Shown: positions 19,762-28,984, counted from the first letter of the stretch. The stretch: DNA of 64,000 bases from an uncultured Bacteroidales bacterium (GCA_947169105.1 CAMVOL010000001.1:7570-71569); one strand, 5' to 3'. Numbers and translations are program-made. Notes: generated from the sequence alone by a model not told the origin.

Positions 19762-20121
19762 CACTTTTATTTTATAAACATTCCACAAATAATAAAAATT
19801 TTATGATTTTTGTTGAAAATTATACTTAAAGTATTGATTATAAGTGTGGAAAAAAATGGAAGAGTATTTTTCTTTGATTTTTACTTATAAACATTAACCT
19901 ATTGATAATTAATGAAAATAGGGCTAATTTCATACATATTTACATTCTTCTATAAATCAATATTTTATATAAAAGCACCTATTTTATCCCCTATTTTTGG
20001 AAAAAAATGGAAGATTTTGGTCACTTTTGGGCGCAAAAGGAGGGAACATACTTCCACAAAATTTATGGATTTCACAGATACAATTTTGAAAGATAAAAGA
20101 GTATTTCTGGAAATAATAAAG

Positions 20122-20129
20122 TACCTTTG
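20122..20129 (+). promoter_or_regulatory. Bacteroidota -7 box (TAccTTTG) for the AddB-like nuclease
   Basis: Exact motif 24 nt upstream of the ATG at 20153. Confidence 0.55.
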
Positions 20130-20152
20130 CAGCCCATTAAAATCAAACGTCT

Positions 20153-23011
20153 ATGCGTTTCCTTTCTGAACTGGCTGCGGAAATTATAAATCCACAAACT
20201 ATTGATTACAAAGATATTGCTGTTGTTCTCCCCAACAAAAGGGCACAGAAGTCCTTGGATATGGAATTGGCTCATGCCGCTGGACGGAGCATCTTCCCGC
20301 CCGTGGTCTTCAGCATCGACGAACTCGTCAGCAACCTGTCGGGACTGGAGGTGCTGCCGATGACGGAACTTTTACTGGAACTTTATGGAGTTTATCAGAC
20401 CGTGGCCGCCGCCCACCACACCGAAACCGATGATTTCCAAAAGTTCATGTCGTGGGGCACCCACCTCATCGGTGACTTCAACGACATTGACCGGCAGCTG
20501 GCCGACGCACACGAGGTCTTTTCGTACCTCAAGGATTACAAAGATATCGGCATCGAAATCGACAGCGACGGCAACCCCACAGCGGGGCAACGGCGGTATC
20601 TGGAATTTTATGGAATGTTGTACGAGATCTACACCGCTTTTGGCGAAGCCCTCCGTCAGAAAGGGAAAGCCTATCCAGGACTTATTTATCGTACCGCCGC
20701 GGAAAACATTTCAGAACTTTCTAAAAATCAGAATTTTAAGAAATATTATTTTGCCGGACTAAATGCTATGACTCCGGCCGAATCACGTATCATCCACCAT
20801 CTTTACCAAGAAGGGAAAGTGCAGTTCTTCTTCGATTTCGATCCCTTTTACCTTGAATACACGGCGCAAATCCGCGACGAATTAGCCAAAACATTCCATA
20901 TTGAGGAGAAGGACATCCGCAACATCACCGACCATTATGGCGCGGCGCCCAAGACCATCCGCACCTACGGCGTGAGCAAGACGATGAATCAGATTTACCA
21001 GGCCGTGGAAATCCTGAACCAGCTGAAACAGGACGACCCCACTGCATTAGACCGTACCGCCGTCGTCTTCGCCGACGAGAGCCTGATCGTGCCGTTCGTC
21101 CACGCCTACAACCACACCCGCTGCAACATCAGCAAGAAGTATCCCGCCCGAGCCACCGCCGCCTACCGCCTGCTCCAGATCCTGTTGGGAATGGCCCGCA
21201 ACTACCAACGTTTTCAGAATCAAGAAAATACAGAAGATACTGACGAAACAGCAGCCTACTACCACAAGGACGTGATGCTGCTCTACCGCGACCCGATAGT
21301 GGAGGAGGCCTTCTTCAGCAATACCGCTGAGCACCAAGCATTCATCTGCTCGCTGGTGGAAAGCAACCGCCTCTTCTTCTCGCGCCGTACCCTCAATGAG
21401 CGGCTGCCCGACAGCTGCCCCGATGTCACCAGCGACGGACACAGGCTGCTTGAGGCCATCGCCAGCTATTTCCGGCTGCTCGCCGCCCGCCTCGGAAGCC
21501 ACGACAAAAACAACAGCGGTGCCTCCACGGTGAAACTGCTGTCACTGTTCGCCGACGCTGCCGACCGCGCCGCGGAACTGCTCCGCCGCTTCGACAGCGC
21601 CACACCCATCGACACGAGGGTGGCCGAGTTCTTCCTCAACGAACAGATTGACCAGCTGGACCTTTCCTTCAAAGGCGACCGTTCGTCGGGCCTGCAGGTG
21701 ATGGGGCTCCTCGAAACCCGCACCCTCGACTTCGACCATGTGGTGATGCTGTCGGTGAACGAAGGTGTCCTACCTTCCGGGAATACCGACAACTCACTGA
21801 TTCTTTTCGAGATAAAGAAAAAATTCCACCTTTCCACCTACGAGCAGAACGACGCCATTTACGGGTATCACTTCTTCCATCTGCTGCAACGGGCCAAGGA
21901 CATCCACCTCATCTACAATGCTGATTCATCGGGCGTTGTGGCGGAGGAGAGCCGTTTTGTCAAACAAATTGCCTTCAAAAAACAGAAAGGGCATTACGAC
22001 AATATCACGTTGGAACAGATTGTGAAGCCGCCGCTGCCTGTGGATAGCGGCCAGAACACCGCCAACGAAATTGTGGTCAAAAACAGCGAAACGGTACGCG
22101 AGAAATTGCAGAAATTTCATTTTTCTGCCTCATCATTAAGTACTTACATCAACTGTCCTCTACAATTCTATCTGAAACATATCGCCCAAATCGTTCCTGC
22201 AGAGGAGATTGACGAGAATGTGGAGCAGAACGTCATCGGCCTGGTTATCCACACGGCGCTGGAGCAGCTGGGGAAGGCGGTCATCGAGAATCCGGGTACG
22301 CCGCCCGCCCAACTCGTGGACGAGTGGGCCGGCAAGATCAAAGAGGACTATATCCTCGATCTGTTCAACGAGCGCGACGAGGTGCGGGGGCAGGACCTGC
22401 TACGCGGGCGGCTCTATCTTGCGACGGAAGTGGTGCGCAAGACGCTGGCGGCGTACCTCCCGCAGCTGCGCGACGAGCTGGCGTCCGGACGAACACAGAT
22501 CATTGGGTGCGAGCGGCGTTTCTCCTGCCGGTTGGACGTGGGGGGCAGCGCCGTCCAGCTCACCGGTTTCGCCGACCGCATCGACCTGCACGATGGCAAA
22601 GTTGCCATCCTCGACTACAAAAGCGGCAAATCGCACAGCACCTGCTTTTCAGAAATCGGGGAGCTCTTCACCGATGTCGAAAAGAAGCACATCTTCCAGC
22701 TTTTCATCTATATGCTTTTGTACAAATACCGTAATAGGGAGGATTTCCCAGCCGACCGTTTTCCGGACACGGACCTCGAAGCCGGCATCGTCTATCTGCG
22801 CGACACGCTGAAAGGGGAAAATGCCACCCATTATGCCGAATGGAAGGAGGGGAAGAATACGGAGACATCCACTGCCGGACAGCAGCTTGAAGAATTTGAA
22901 AAAAATCTCAAATTATTGATTAAAAACCTATTAGAGGCACCCGCTTTCCAACAAACTGAAGATGCAAAGCATTGTGACTACTGCGATTATGCAGGAATCT
23001 GCCACACTTGA
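20153..23011 (+). CDS. PD-(D/E)XK nuclease family protein (AddB/RexB-like)
   Basis: 952 aa. The C-terminal nuclease core is ...FADRIDLHDGKVAILDYKSGK.... A terminal cysteine cluster CDYCDYAGIC is typical of AddB-type Fe-S nucleases. Confidence 0.8.
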   Translation: MRFLSELAAEIINPQTIDYKDIAVVLPNKRAQKSLDMELAHAAGRSIFPPVVFSIDELVSNLSGLEVLPMTELLLELYGVYQTVAAAHHTETDDFQKFMSWGTHLIGDFNDIDRQLADAHEVFSYLKDYKDIGIEIDSDGNPTAGQRRYLEFYGMLYEIYTAFGEALRQKGKAYPGLIYRTAAENISELSKNQNFKKYYFAGLNAMTPAESRIIHHLYQEGKVQFFFDFDPFYLEYTAQIRDELAKTFHIEEKDIRNITDHYGAAPKTIRTYGVSKTMNQIYQAVEILNQLKQDDPTALDRTAVVFADESLIVPFVHAYNHTRCNISKKYPARATAAYRLLQILLGMARNYQRFQNQENTEDTDETAAYYHKDVMLLYRDPIVEEAFFSNTAEHQAFICSLVESNRLFFSRRTLNERLPDSCPDVTSDGHRLLEAIASYFRLLAARLGSHDKNNSGASTVKLLSLFADAADRAAELLRRFDSATPIDTRVAEFFLNEQIDQLDLSFKGDRSSGLQVMGLLETRTLDFDHVVMLSVNEGVLPSGNTDNSLILFEIKKKFHLSTYEQNDAIYGYHFFHLLQRAKDIHLIYNADSSGVVAEESRFVKQIAFKKQKGHYDNITLEQIVKPPLPVDSGQNTANEIVVKNSETVREKLQKFHFSASSLSTYINCPLQFYLKHIAQIVPAEEIDENVEQNVIGLVIHTALEQLGKAVIENPGTPPAQLVDEWAGKIKEDYILDLFNERDEVRGQDLLRGRLYLATEVVRKTLAAYLPQLRDELASGRTQIIGCERRFSCRLDVGGSAVQLTGFADRIDLHDGKVAILDYKSGKSHSTCFSEIGELFTDVEKKHIFQLFIYMLLYKYRNREDFPADRFPDTDLEAGIVYLRDTLKGENATHYAEWKEGKNTETSTAGQQLEEFEKNLKLLIKNLLEAPAFQQTEDAKHCDYCDYAGICHT

Positions 23012-23016
23012 AAAAA

Positions 23017-23048
23017 TTTCCGCACGAAAAAACGGCGACCATTTGGCC
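23017..23048. terminator. Bidirectional intrinsic terminator
   Basis: AAAAAACGGCGACC-ATTT-GGCCGCCGTTTTTT. A GC stem is flanked by an A-tract and a T-tract, between the convergent stops at 23011 and 23077. Confidence 0.85.
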
Positions 23049-23076
23049 GCCGTTTTTTGAATAACCGCAAATTCGG

Positions 23077-23628
23077 TTAAATGGTGTGGTAGGGTTTCAA
23101 CAGGCCCTTGCCGATCTCCACTGCCTCTTCGTTCTTGGGAATGAGGTGATGGTGACGTTCCGGCAGGGATTTTTCCAAACCCTTGTGGAGCATTTCGGGG
23201 GTAACCAAGGGTTTCACCTTGAGGAAACCGCCGAGGATAATCATGTTGAACAGCTTGGAGATACCCAGTTCGCTGGCCTTGTCGGCAGCGGCCACCTGAT
23301 AGATGTTGATATCTTTGCGGGTGGGATGGTGGGAAATTCCGTTCGGATCGTAAATCAGCAAGCCGCCAGGCTTCACTGCTGACTCGAACTTGTCCATAGA
23401 CTGCTGGTTAAGGATGATGGCGGTGTCGAACTGGTTGAGGTACGGGGAGCAGATGCGCTCGTCGCTCAAAATAACCGTGACATTGGAGGTGCCGCCACGC
23501 ATTTCCGGGCCGTAGGACGGAAGCCAGCTGACTTCCTTGTCCTGCATGATGCCGGCGTATGCCAAAATCTTACCCATTGAGAGTACGCCCTGGCCGCCGA
23601 AGCCTGCTATAATAATTTCTTCTGTCAT
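23077..23628 (-). CDS. 2-oxoacid:ferredoxin oxidoreductase, gamma subunit
   Basis: 183 aa with the N-terminal IIIAGFGGQGVL motif. It is the last gene of a four-gene KOR/VOR-type operon. Confidence 0.9.
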   Translation of the reverse strand: MTEEIIIAGFGGQGVLSMGKILAYAGIMQDKEVSWLPSYGPEMRGGTSNVTVILSDERICSPYLNQFDTAIILNQQSMDKFESAVKPGGLLIYDPNGISHHPTRKDINIYQVAAADKASELGISKLFNMIILGGFLKVKPLVTPEMLHKGLEKSLPERHHHLIPKNEEAVEIGKGLLKPYHTI

Positions 23629-23649
23629 TTCTTTTTGATTTTAAGGTTA

Positions 23650-24492
23650 TTATTTACTTCTCAATGAGAAACGGGTTTCATTGGGTTGGTCGAAAGTGGC
23701 CACTCTTTCAATGAACTTGGGATCGAACTTGCCGTCCACCTTCATATCGCCGAGCGGGAAGAACTTGAGGGTGTTCTCTTCCATCCACTTGTTGGCCTGC
23801 ACGGGGGTCATCTTCCAGCCGGAGTTGCAGTTGGAGGTCACTTCGACGAAGGAGACGCCCTTGTTGAGCTTCTGGTTCTCGAAGGCCATACGGATGGCTT
23901 TCTTGCACTTGCGGGCGAGAGCCGGCGTATAGACCGCCTGACGGGTCACGTAGTAGGTGCCGGGCAGCTGGGCCAGCATCTCGGTGAGGCGCATCGTGTG
24001 TCCCATGATTTCGGGGTCACGGCCGTAGGGGCAGGTCACGGTCTCCATACCCTCGAGGGTGGTGGGAGCCATCTGACCGCCGGTCATACCGTAGATACCG
24101 TTGTTGATGAAGATCATGGTGATGTTCTCGCCGCGGTTGCAGGCGTGCATCACTTCGGCGCAACCGATGGAGGCCAAGTCTCCGTCGCCCTGATACGAGA
24201 ACACGAAGGTCTCGGGACGGAGGCGCTTGATGGCGGAGGCGCACGCCGGTGCACGACCGTGGGCGGCTTCCACGAAGTCAACGTCGAAATAGTTGTAAGC
24301 CAGAACGGAGCAGCCGACGGGTGAGATACCCACGACATTGTCCTGGATGCCCATCTCCTCGATCACTTCGGCGATGATTCTGTGAACCACACCGTGACCG
24401 CAGCCGGGGCAATAGTGCATGATGGCATCCGTGAGAACCGGAGTGCGTTTGTACACTAAGTTTTCGGGTTTGATGATATCTTCTCTTGTCAT
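23650..24492 (-). CDS. 2-oxoacid:ferredoxin oxidoreductase, beta (TPP-binding) subunit
   Basis: 280 aa. Has YCPGCGHG and the TPP motif GDGD...NNGIYGMTGGQ. Confidence 0.9.
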   Translation of the reverse strand: MTREDIIKPENLVYKRTPVLTDAIMHYCPGCGHGVVHRIIAEVIEEMGIQDNVVGISPVGCSVLAYNYFDVDFVEAAHGRAPACASAIKRLRPETFVFSYQGDGDLASIGCAEVMHACNRGENITMIFINNGIYGMTGGQMAPTTLEGMETVTCPYGRDPEIMGHTMRLTEMLAQLPGTYYVTRQAVYTPALARKCKKAIRMAFENQKLNKGVSFVEVTSNCNSGWKMTPVQANKWMEENTLKFFPLGDMKVDGKFDPKFIERVATFDQPNETRFSLRSK

Positions 24493-24508
24493 AATTTCAA
24501 TACATTAA

Positions 24509-25588
24509 TTATTTAACCATTTTTTTCAAAGCATCGAAGATTTCGACGGGGGTCGGGATGACACCACCGTAGCGGCCGTAATGCTCAACGGGCACGTTGC
24601 AGCCGACGGCGAGTTTCACGTCTTCGATCATCTGGCCGGCGTTCATCTCCACGCTGAGGATCTTCTTCATGCGGCCGCCGATTTCGCCAACGGCTTTGGT
24701 CGGGAAGGGCCACAGGGTGATCGGGCGCACGAGACCTACTTTGATGCCTTCGGCGCGAGCCAGCTCGATGGACTTCATACAGATACGGGCTGCGGAGCCG
24801 TAAGCCACGAACAGGTATTCAGCGTCGTCGCACTGGATGGCTTCGTAGCGGGCGTCCTCTTCCTCGCATTTGCGATATTTGGCCTGGATGCGGTCGTTGA
24901 TAGCCTCTTGTTTGAGAGCTTCCAGTTCAAGAGAAGTGACGATGCGGTGTTTGCCGGTGGAGCGATGTCCGGTGGCAGCCCACGGGCAGTTCTTCTCGAT
25001 GTACTCGTTGGTCCAACGCGGCTTGTAGTCGTCCACCATCACTTTTTCCATCACCTGGCCGATGACACCATCGGAAAGGATGGCGACGGGGTTACGGTAT
25101 TTGAAAGCGAGGTCGAAGCCGAGTTCCACGAAGTCGTACATTTCCTGCACGGAGGCGGGGGCGAGGGTGATCAGACGGTAGTCACCGTGACCGCCGCCCT
25201 TGGTGGTCTGGAAGTAGTCGGACTGTGAGGGCTGGATGGTGCCGAGACCTGGGCCGCCACGCACGACATTGACGCAGAGGGCGGGAAGTTCAGCGCCGGC
25301 GATATAGGAAAGACCTTCCTGCATCAGGGAGAAACCCGGGGAGGAGGAGGAGGTCATCACTCGTTTGCCAGCAGCGGCACCGGCATAAACCATGTTGATG
25401 GAGGCGAGCTCACTTTCGGCCTGGAGGACGACCATACCTGTGGTCAGGTAGGGACGCTCAGCCATCAGATGCTCAAGAACCTCACTTTGGGGCGTAATCG
25501 GGTATCCGAAGTATCCGTCGCAACCGCAGCGGATAGCGGCTTCTGCAATGGCCTGATTACCCTTCATTAATTTTAATTCTTTTGCCAT
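24509..25588 (-). CDS. 2-oxoacid:ferredoxin oxidoreductase, alpha subunit
   Basis: 359 aa. The N-terminus MKGNQAIAEAAIRCGCDGYFGYPITPQSE is typical of the pyruvate-flavodoxin/ferredoxin oxidoreductase family. Confidence 0.9.
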   Translation of the reverse strand: MAKELKLMKGNQAIAEAAIRCGCDGYFGYPITPQSEVLEHLMAERPYLTTGMVVLQAESELASINMVYAGAAAGKRVMTSSSSPGFSLMQEGLSYIAGAELPALCVNVVRGGPGLGTIQPSQSDYFQTTKGGGHGDYRLITLAPASVQEMYDFVELGFDLAFKYRNPVAILSDGVIGQVMEKVMVDDYKPRWTNEYIEKNCPWAATGHRSTGKHRIVTSLELEALKQEAINDRIQAKYRKCEEEDARYEAIQCDDAEYLFVAYGSAARICMKSIELARAEGIKVGLVRPITLWPFPTKAVGEIGGRMKKILSVEMNAGQMIEDVKLAVGCNVPVEHYGRYGGVIPTPVEIFDALKKMVK

Positions 25589-25650
25589 TTTAAAGATGTT
25601 TAATTGTTAATTTGTTGATTTTAAAACTGATAAAACGAAAAAGGCCACCC

Positions 25651-25872
25651 TTATTCCTTTGCACGGTAAACTTCGATGACGCCGTCGGGGCAGATGACTG
25701 CGCAGCTGGCGCATCCGATGCAAGCATCCTCATTTACCATTTCAAGGTAGTTGTAACCTTTCGCATTTACGTGTTTGGAAAGCGCGATGCAGCTGTTCGG
25801 GCATCCGGTGATGCACACGGCACAACCTTTGCACTTTTCCGTGTCAATGACTAAAGCTCCTTTAAATGCCAT
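25651..25872 (-). CDS. 4Fe-4S dicluster ferredoxin (delta subunit of the oxidoreductase)
   Basis: 73 aa with two CxxCxxCxxxCP motifs (CKGCAVCITGCP and CIGCASCAVICP). Confidence 0.9.
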   Translation of the reverse strand: MAFKGALVIDTEKCKGCAVCITGCPNSCIALSKHVNAKGYNYLEMVNEDACIGCASCAVICPDGVIEVYRAKE

Positions 25873-25990
25873 AATGTTTTGAATTTAAGTTTTTAATAGG
25901 TTGATTATCAATTTTTTGGTTTTTCACACAACAAGGCCGCTAAAGTACGAAAAATATTTGGAATATTGTTACTCATTTGAAAGATTTGTT

Positions 25991-26178
25991 GCTCACTGCG
26001 TTCGCATTTGGCAGGCTTGCGCCTGCATTTTTGATTTTGGCTCACTGCGTTCGCGTTCAGGCAGGCTTGCGCCTGCATTCTTGATTTTGCTCACTGCGTT
26101 CGCGTTCAGGCAGGCTTGCGCCTGCATTCTTGATTTTGCTCACTGCGTTCGCATTTGGGTCCGCTGACGCGGACATTT
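25991..26178. repeat. 49-bp tandem array, about 3.8 copies, of GC-hairpin + CATTYTTG modules
   Basis: Units start at 25991, 26040, 26089 and 26138. Each contains GCAGGC-TTGC-GCCTGC. The last unit switches to GTCCGC-TGAC-GCGGAC. Confidence 0.9.
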
Positions 26179-26248
26179 GAAAAATTTTTTGATGAACGAT
26201 GAACCTTTGCGAAAGTTATTTGTTAATAGTATGTAAAAAAATACAATT

Positions 26249-26641
26249 ATGGCGACTTGGACAAAATTTGAAGACCTTCCTATCTGGTTGGAATCAAGAG
26301 AATTATCTAAAGAAATATATAGAATCACAAAAAACGATGCGTTTTCCAAAGATTTACGATTTGTCAGTCAGATTCGAGCTTCTTCGGGTTCTGTTATGGA
26401 CAACATTGCTGAGGGTTTTGAAAGGAGGGGAAACAAAGAATTCATTCAATTTTTATACATAGCTAACGGTTCCTGTGCCGAAACTCGAAGCCAAATTCAC
26501 CGAGCTTTCGACTGTCTTTATATATCTAAAGAGGAATATGACGTTCTCGTATGTAAGCTTATCAATCTTTCTGTTTCCATCCATCACTTCATCAACTATC
26601 TGAAAAATTCTGAATACAAAGGCCAAAAATACAAACCATAA
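26249..26641 (+). CDS. Four-helix-bundle protein (23S rRNA intervening-sequence / Avd-like family)
   Basis: 130 aa. The family-typical motifs LRFVSQIRASSGSVMDNIAEGFERRGNKEFIQFLYIANGSCAETRSQ are present. Confidence 0.85.
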   Translation: MATWTKFEDLPIWLESRELSKEIYRITKNDAFSKDLRFVSQIRASSGSVMDNIAEGFERRGNKEFIQFLYIANGSCAETRSQIHRAFDCLYISKEEYDVLVCKLINLSVSIHHFINYLKNSEYKGQKYKP

Positions 26642-26657
26642 AGCACCACAATACACC

Positions 26658-26790
26658 AATCTCTCAAATCTTCAAATCTCTCAAATCTTTTGAATCTCTC
26701 AAATCTTTTGAATCTCTCAAATCTTTTGAATCTCTCAAATCTTTTGAATCTCTCAAATCCATAAATCTTTCAAAAATCACAAAAAAAATC
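26658..26790. repeat. 18-bp tandem array (AATCTCTCAAATCTTTTG), about 6 copies, with a 9-bp sub-period
   Basis: Read directly from the sequence. The antisense ORF 26664..26972 translates it as DSKDLR repeats. Confidence 0.9.
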
Positions 26791-26822
26791 AAATTTCCGT
26801 TACAATCTCCGAAATAATTTTG

Positions 26823-26830
26823 TACTTTTG
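26823..26830 (+). promoter_or_regulatory. Bacteroidota -7 box (TActTTTG) for the T9SS cargo gene
   Basis: Exact motif 41 nt upstream of the ATG at 26871. Confidence 0.5.
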
Positions 26831-26870
26831 CCGCTCGTAAAATTTTATGTTTAACCAAAACCAATTTATT

Positions 26871-27590
26871 ATGAAAAAACTTTTTACCCTTTTCGCCGCA
26901 ATGGTGACTTTCGTCGCCCTGAATGCCCAAAACACTGCTGACTTGGAAGTGGTTGGCTTCTCCCCCAGTCAAACTAGCACGACTCCAGTTCAGTCCATTG
27001 ACCTCGGTTCTACCGATGGCCTCAGCCTATACATTCTTTTCAAGAATAATGGGCCTGCTACACCCGCTGCAAATGATACCATTCTTTTAGCAACGAGCAT
27101 AAATGGTGAAATGGTTCCTGCTGCCTCATTAATGGCATTGGGGGCACAACTTGCATCCCTCCCGCTTAACACCACAGTACCGCTTGGTGCTCAAGGAGGC
27201 ACAATCCTCACCGCCGACCAGATGAACGATATGGTAGGAGAAGGTTCTTTTGAGCTGTGTATGACTGTTTACCTCTTTGGTGAAACCACTGATGACAATG
27301 CAGCCAACAACACCGCTTGTGTTACCATCAACCGCGGTACCACTGGCATCAACGAACTCGAAGGTGAAGTGAACGTCTATCCGAATCCTGCCACCACCGT
27401 TATCAACATCGACAACGCCGAAGGTGCCCAGATTTCCGTCTATGACCTCAGCGGCCGCATGGTCAGCAACGTGGAGAGCGCTTCCGCCAACCAGACCATC
27501 GACGCTTCCAACCTCGCCAAGGGCATGTACATCGTCCGCATCGCCAATGGTAACAACGTCATCACCAAGAAAGTCAACGTTGTGAGATAA
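26871..27590 (+). CDS. Secreted protein with T9SS type A C-terminal sorting domain
   Basis: 239 aa from MKKLFTLFAAMVTFVALNAQ (signal peptide). The C-terminal ...VNVYPNPATTVINI...GMYIVRIANGNNVITKKVNV is a Por_Secre_tail. Confidence 0.8.
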   Translation: MKKLFTLFAAMVTFVALNAQNTADLEVVGFSPSQTSTTPVQSIDLGSTDGLSLYILFKNNGPATPAANDTILLATSINGEMVPAASLMALGAQLASLPLNTTVPLGAQGGTILTADQMNDMVGEGSFELCMTVYLFGETTDDNAANNTACVTINRGTTGINELEGEVNVYPNPATTVINIDNAEGAQISVYDLSGRMVSNVESASANQTIDASNLAKGMYIVRIANGNNVITKKVNVVR

Positions 27591-27615
27591 TCACAACTCC
27601 TTAAAGCCCTAATAT

Positions 27616-27644
27616 GAAAAACGCGGTCCGAAGGATCGCGTTTT
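27616..27644. terminator. Bidirectional intrinsic terminator
   Basis: GAAAAACGCGGTCC-GAA-GGATCGCGTTTTC, between the convergent stops at 27590 and 27727. Confidence 0.8.
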
Positions 27645-27726
27645 CTATAAGGACTTTTCAATATTTATACAACTACCCCGCACTACGTGCACCCCTTCTT
27701 CAAAAGAAGGGGAATTTTTTTATGCG

Positions 27727-28956
27727 CTATTTAGTAGCCTCGAAGAAATCGATCTCCTTCTGCAAGTTCTTGGGCAGGTTGTTCACACAGTGGTGGCACT
27801 TCATCTCCAAGGTGTACATGCGGCCGATGCAGTAGTTGGAGTGCTTGCAGCCGCTGCGTTCTTCGCCCGCTGCAAGCTTGTTGATGAAGTCGGTGTCGTG
27901 TACCAACGCACGCGCCATCTGCAATCCGTCGAAACCGGCATCCAGCACCTCCTCCATCTTGGCCTTGGAAATCAGACCACCCACATACACGAGGGGCAGA
28001 CTGAGCTGTGCGCGGAACTTCTTGGCATCCTCCAAGAAATAGGCCTCCTTGAACGGCACTTCGGGAATCATCAGCTTGCCGAATAGCCGCACGCCGATCT
28101 TGAGCCACCAGAACTTCCACGGATCCATGTAGTGAGTGAGGGTTTTGTAGGGCATACAGCCGCGCATCACCGCCATCGGGGCCTTGCTCACGAAACCGGC
28201 CGTCAGCACCAACGCGTGGGCGCCGAGCCGTTCCAGCTCCTTCGCCACTTCAATGCACTCGTCGATGCCCAAACCGCCCTTGAAACCGTCGTACATGTTG
28301 GTCTTCACAAAAACGGCCATGTCGTCACCCGCCGCCTTCATCACCTCGTTCATCACCAAGCGCATGAACGTCATCCGCTGGTTGAGGTCGCCGCCGAACT
28401 TGTCGCGGCGGTGGTTGGTATAGGGCGACAGGAACTGGCTGATGAGGTAGCCGTGGCCGGCGTGGATCTCCACCGCGTCGAAACCGGCCTTGCGGGCCAG
28501 ATTAACGGAATTGCCGAAATCCTTGACCAAGCCGTAGATCTCCTGCTCTTTCAGCTGGCGGACGAAGGTGGGAGAATACATATTGAAACCGCCGGAAGCG
28601 CCCACCGGCATCTGTCCGCACGTGCTGCGGTGCGTCATGTTGCCGCAATGTCCCAGCTGGATGGAGGCCTTCGCACCTTCCGCGTGGATGGCATCCGTGA
28701 GTTTCTTCAGGTCAGGGATGATCTCCTCCCGCATCCACAGCTGCCCGTCGAAAGAGACGCCGCTGCGGTTCACAGCCGCGTACGCGATGGTGGTCATGCC
28801 GATGCCGCCCTTAGCGACAGCGGTGTGGTAGTTGAACAGATCCTGCGACGGCTTGTTGCCGTAGCACATATTTTCAAAAGCGGCGGAACGGATGGTGCGG
28901 TTCCTTAATGTGAGCGGTCCGAAAGTGACCGGCGTGAAAATTTTCGATTCTGCCAT
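27727..28956 (-). CDS. NADH:flavin oxidoreductase (Old Yellow Enzyme family)
   Basis: 409 aa. The N-terminus FTPVTFGPLTLRNRTIRSA and HAGHGYLISQFLSP are OYE hallmarks. A cysteine-rich C-terminal tail is present (CKHSNYC...CHHC). Confidence 0.85.
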   Translation of the reverse strand: MAESKIFTPVTFGPLTLRNRTIRSAAFENMCYGNKPSQDLFNYHTAVAKGGIGMTTIAYAAVNRSGVSFDGQLWMREEIIPDLKKLTDAIHAEGAKASIQLGHCGNMTHRSTCGQMPVGASGGFNMYSPTFVRQLKEQEIYGLVKDFGNSVNLARKAGFDAVEIHAGHGYLISQFLSPYTNHRRDKFGGDLNQRMTFMRLVMNEVMKAAGDDMAVFVKTNMYDGFKGGLGIDECIEVAKELERLGAHALVLTAGFVSKAPMAVMRGCMPYKTLTHYMDPWKFWWLKIGVRLFGKLMIPEVPFKEAYFLEDAKKFRAQLSLPLVYVGGLISKAKMEEVLDAGFDGLQMARALVHDTDFINKLAAGEERSGCKHSNYCIGRMYTLEMKCHHCVNNLPKNLQKEIDFFEATK

Positions 28957-28984
28957 ACAATATTATATATAGTGTGAAAAGTCA

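Noticed and set aside
25991-26790. Possible CRISPR array(s) or a DGR around the four-helix-bundle gene.
   Set aside because: Both arrays are pure tandem repeats without unique spacers, and no cas genes are present. No reverse transcriptase ORF and no template/variable repeat pair is visible in the window.
26664-26972. 102-aa ORF with DSKDLR repeats.
   Set aside because: It is simply the translation of the 18-bp tandem array on the opposite strand. It also overlaps the start of the T9SS cargo gene.
27727-28956. The cysteine-rich tail of the OYE-family reductase considered as an Fe-S domain, implying a 2,4-dienoyl-CoA-reductase-like enzyme.
   Set aside because: The protein lacks the large C-terminal FAD/NADPH domain of that family, and the cysteine spacing cannot be matched to a known cluster motif by eye.
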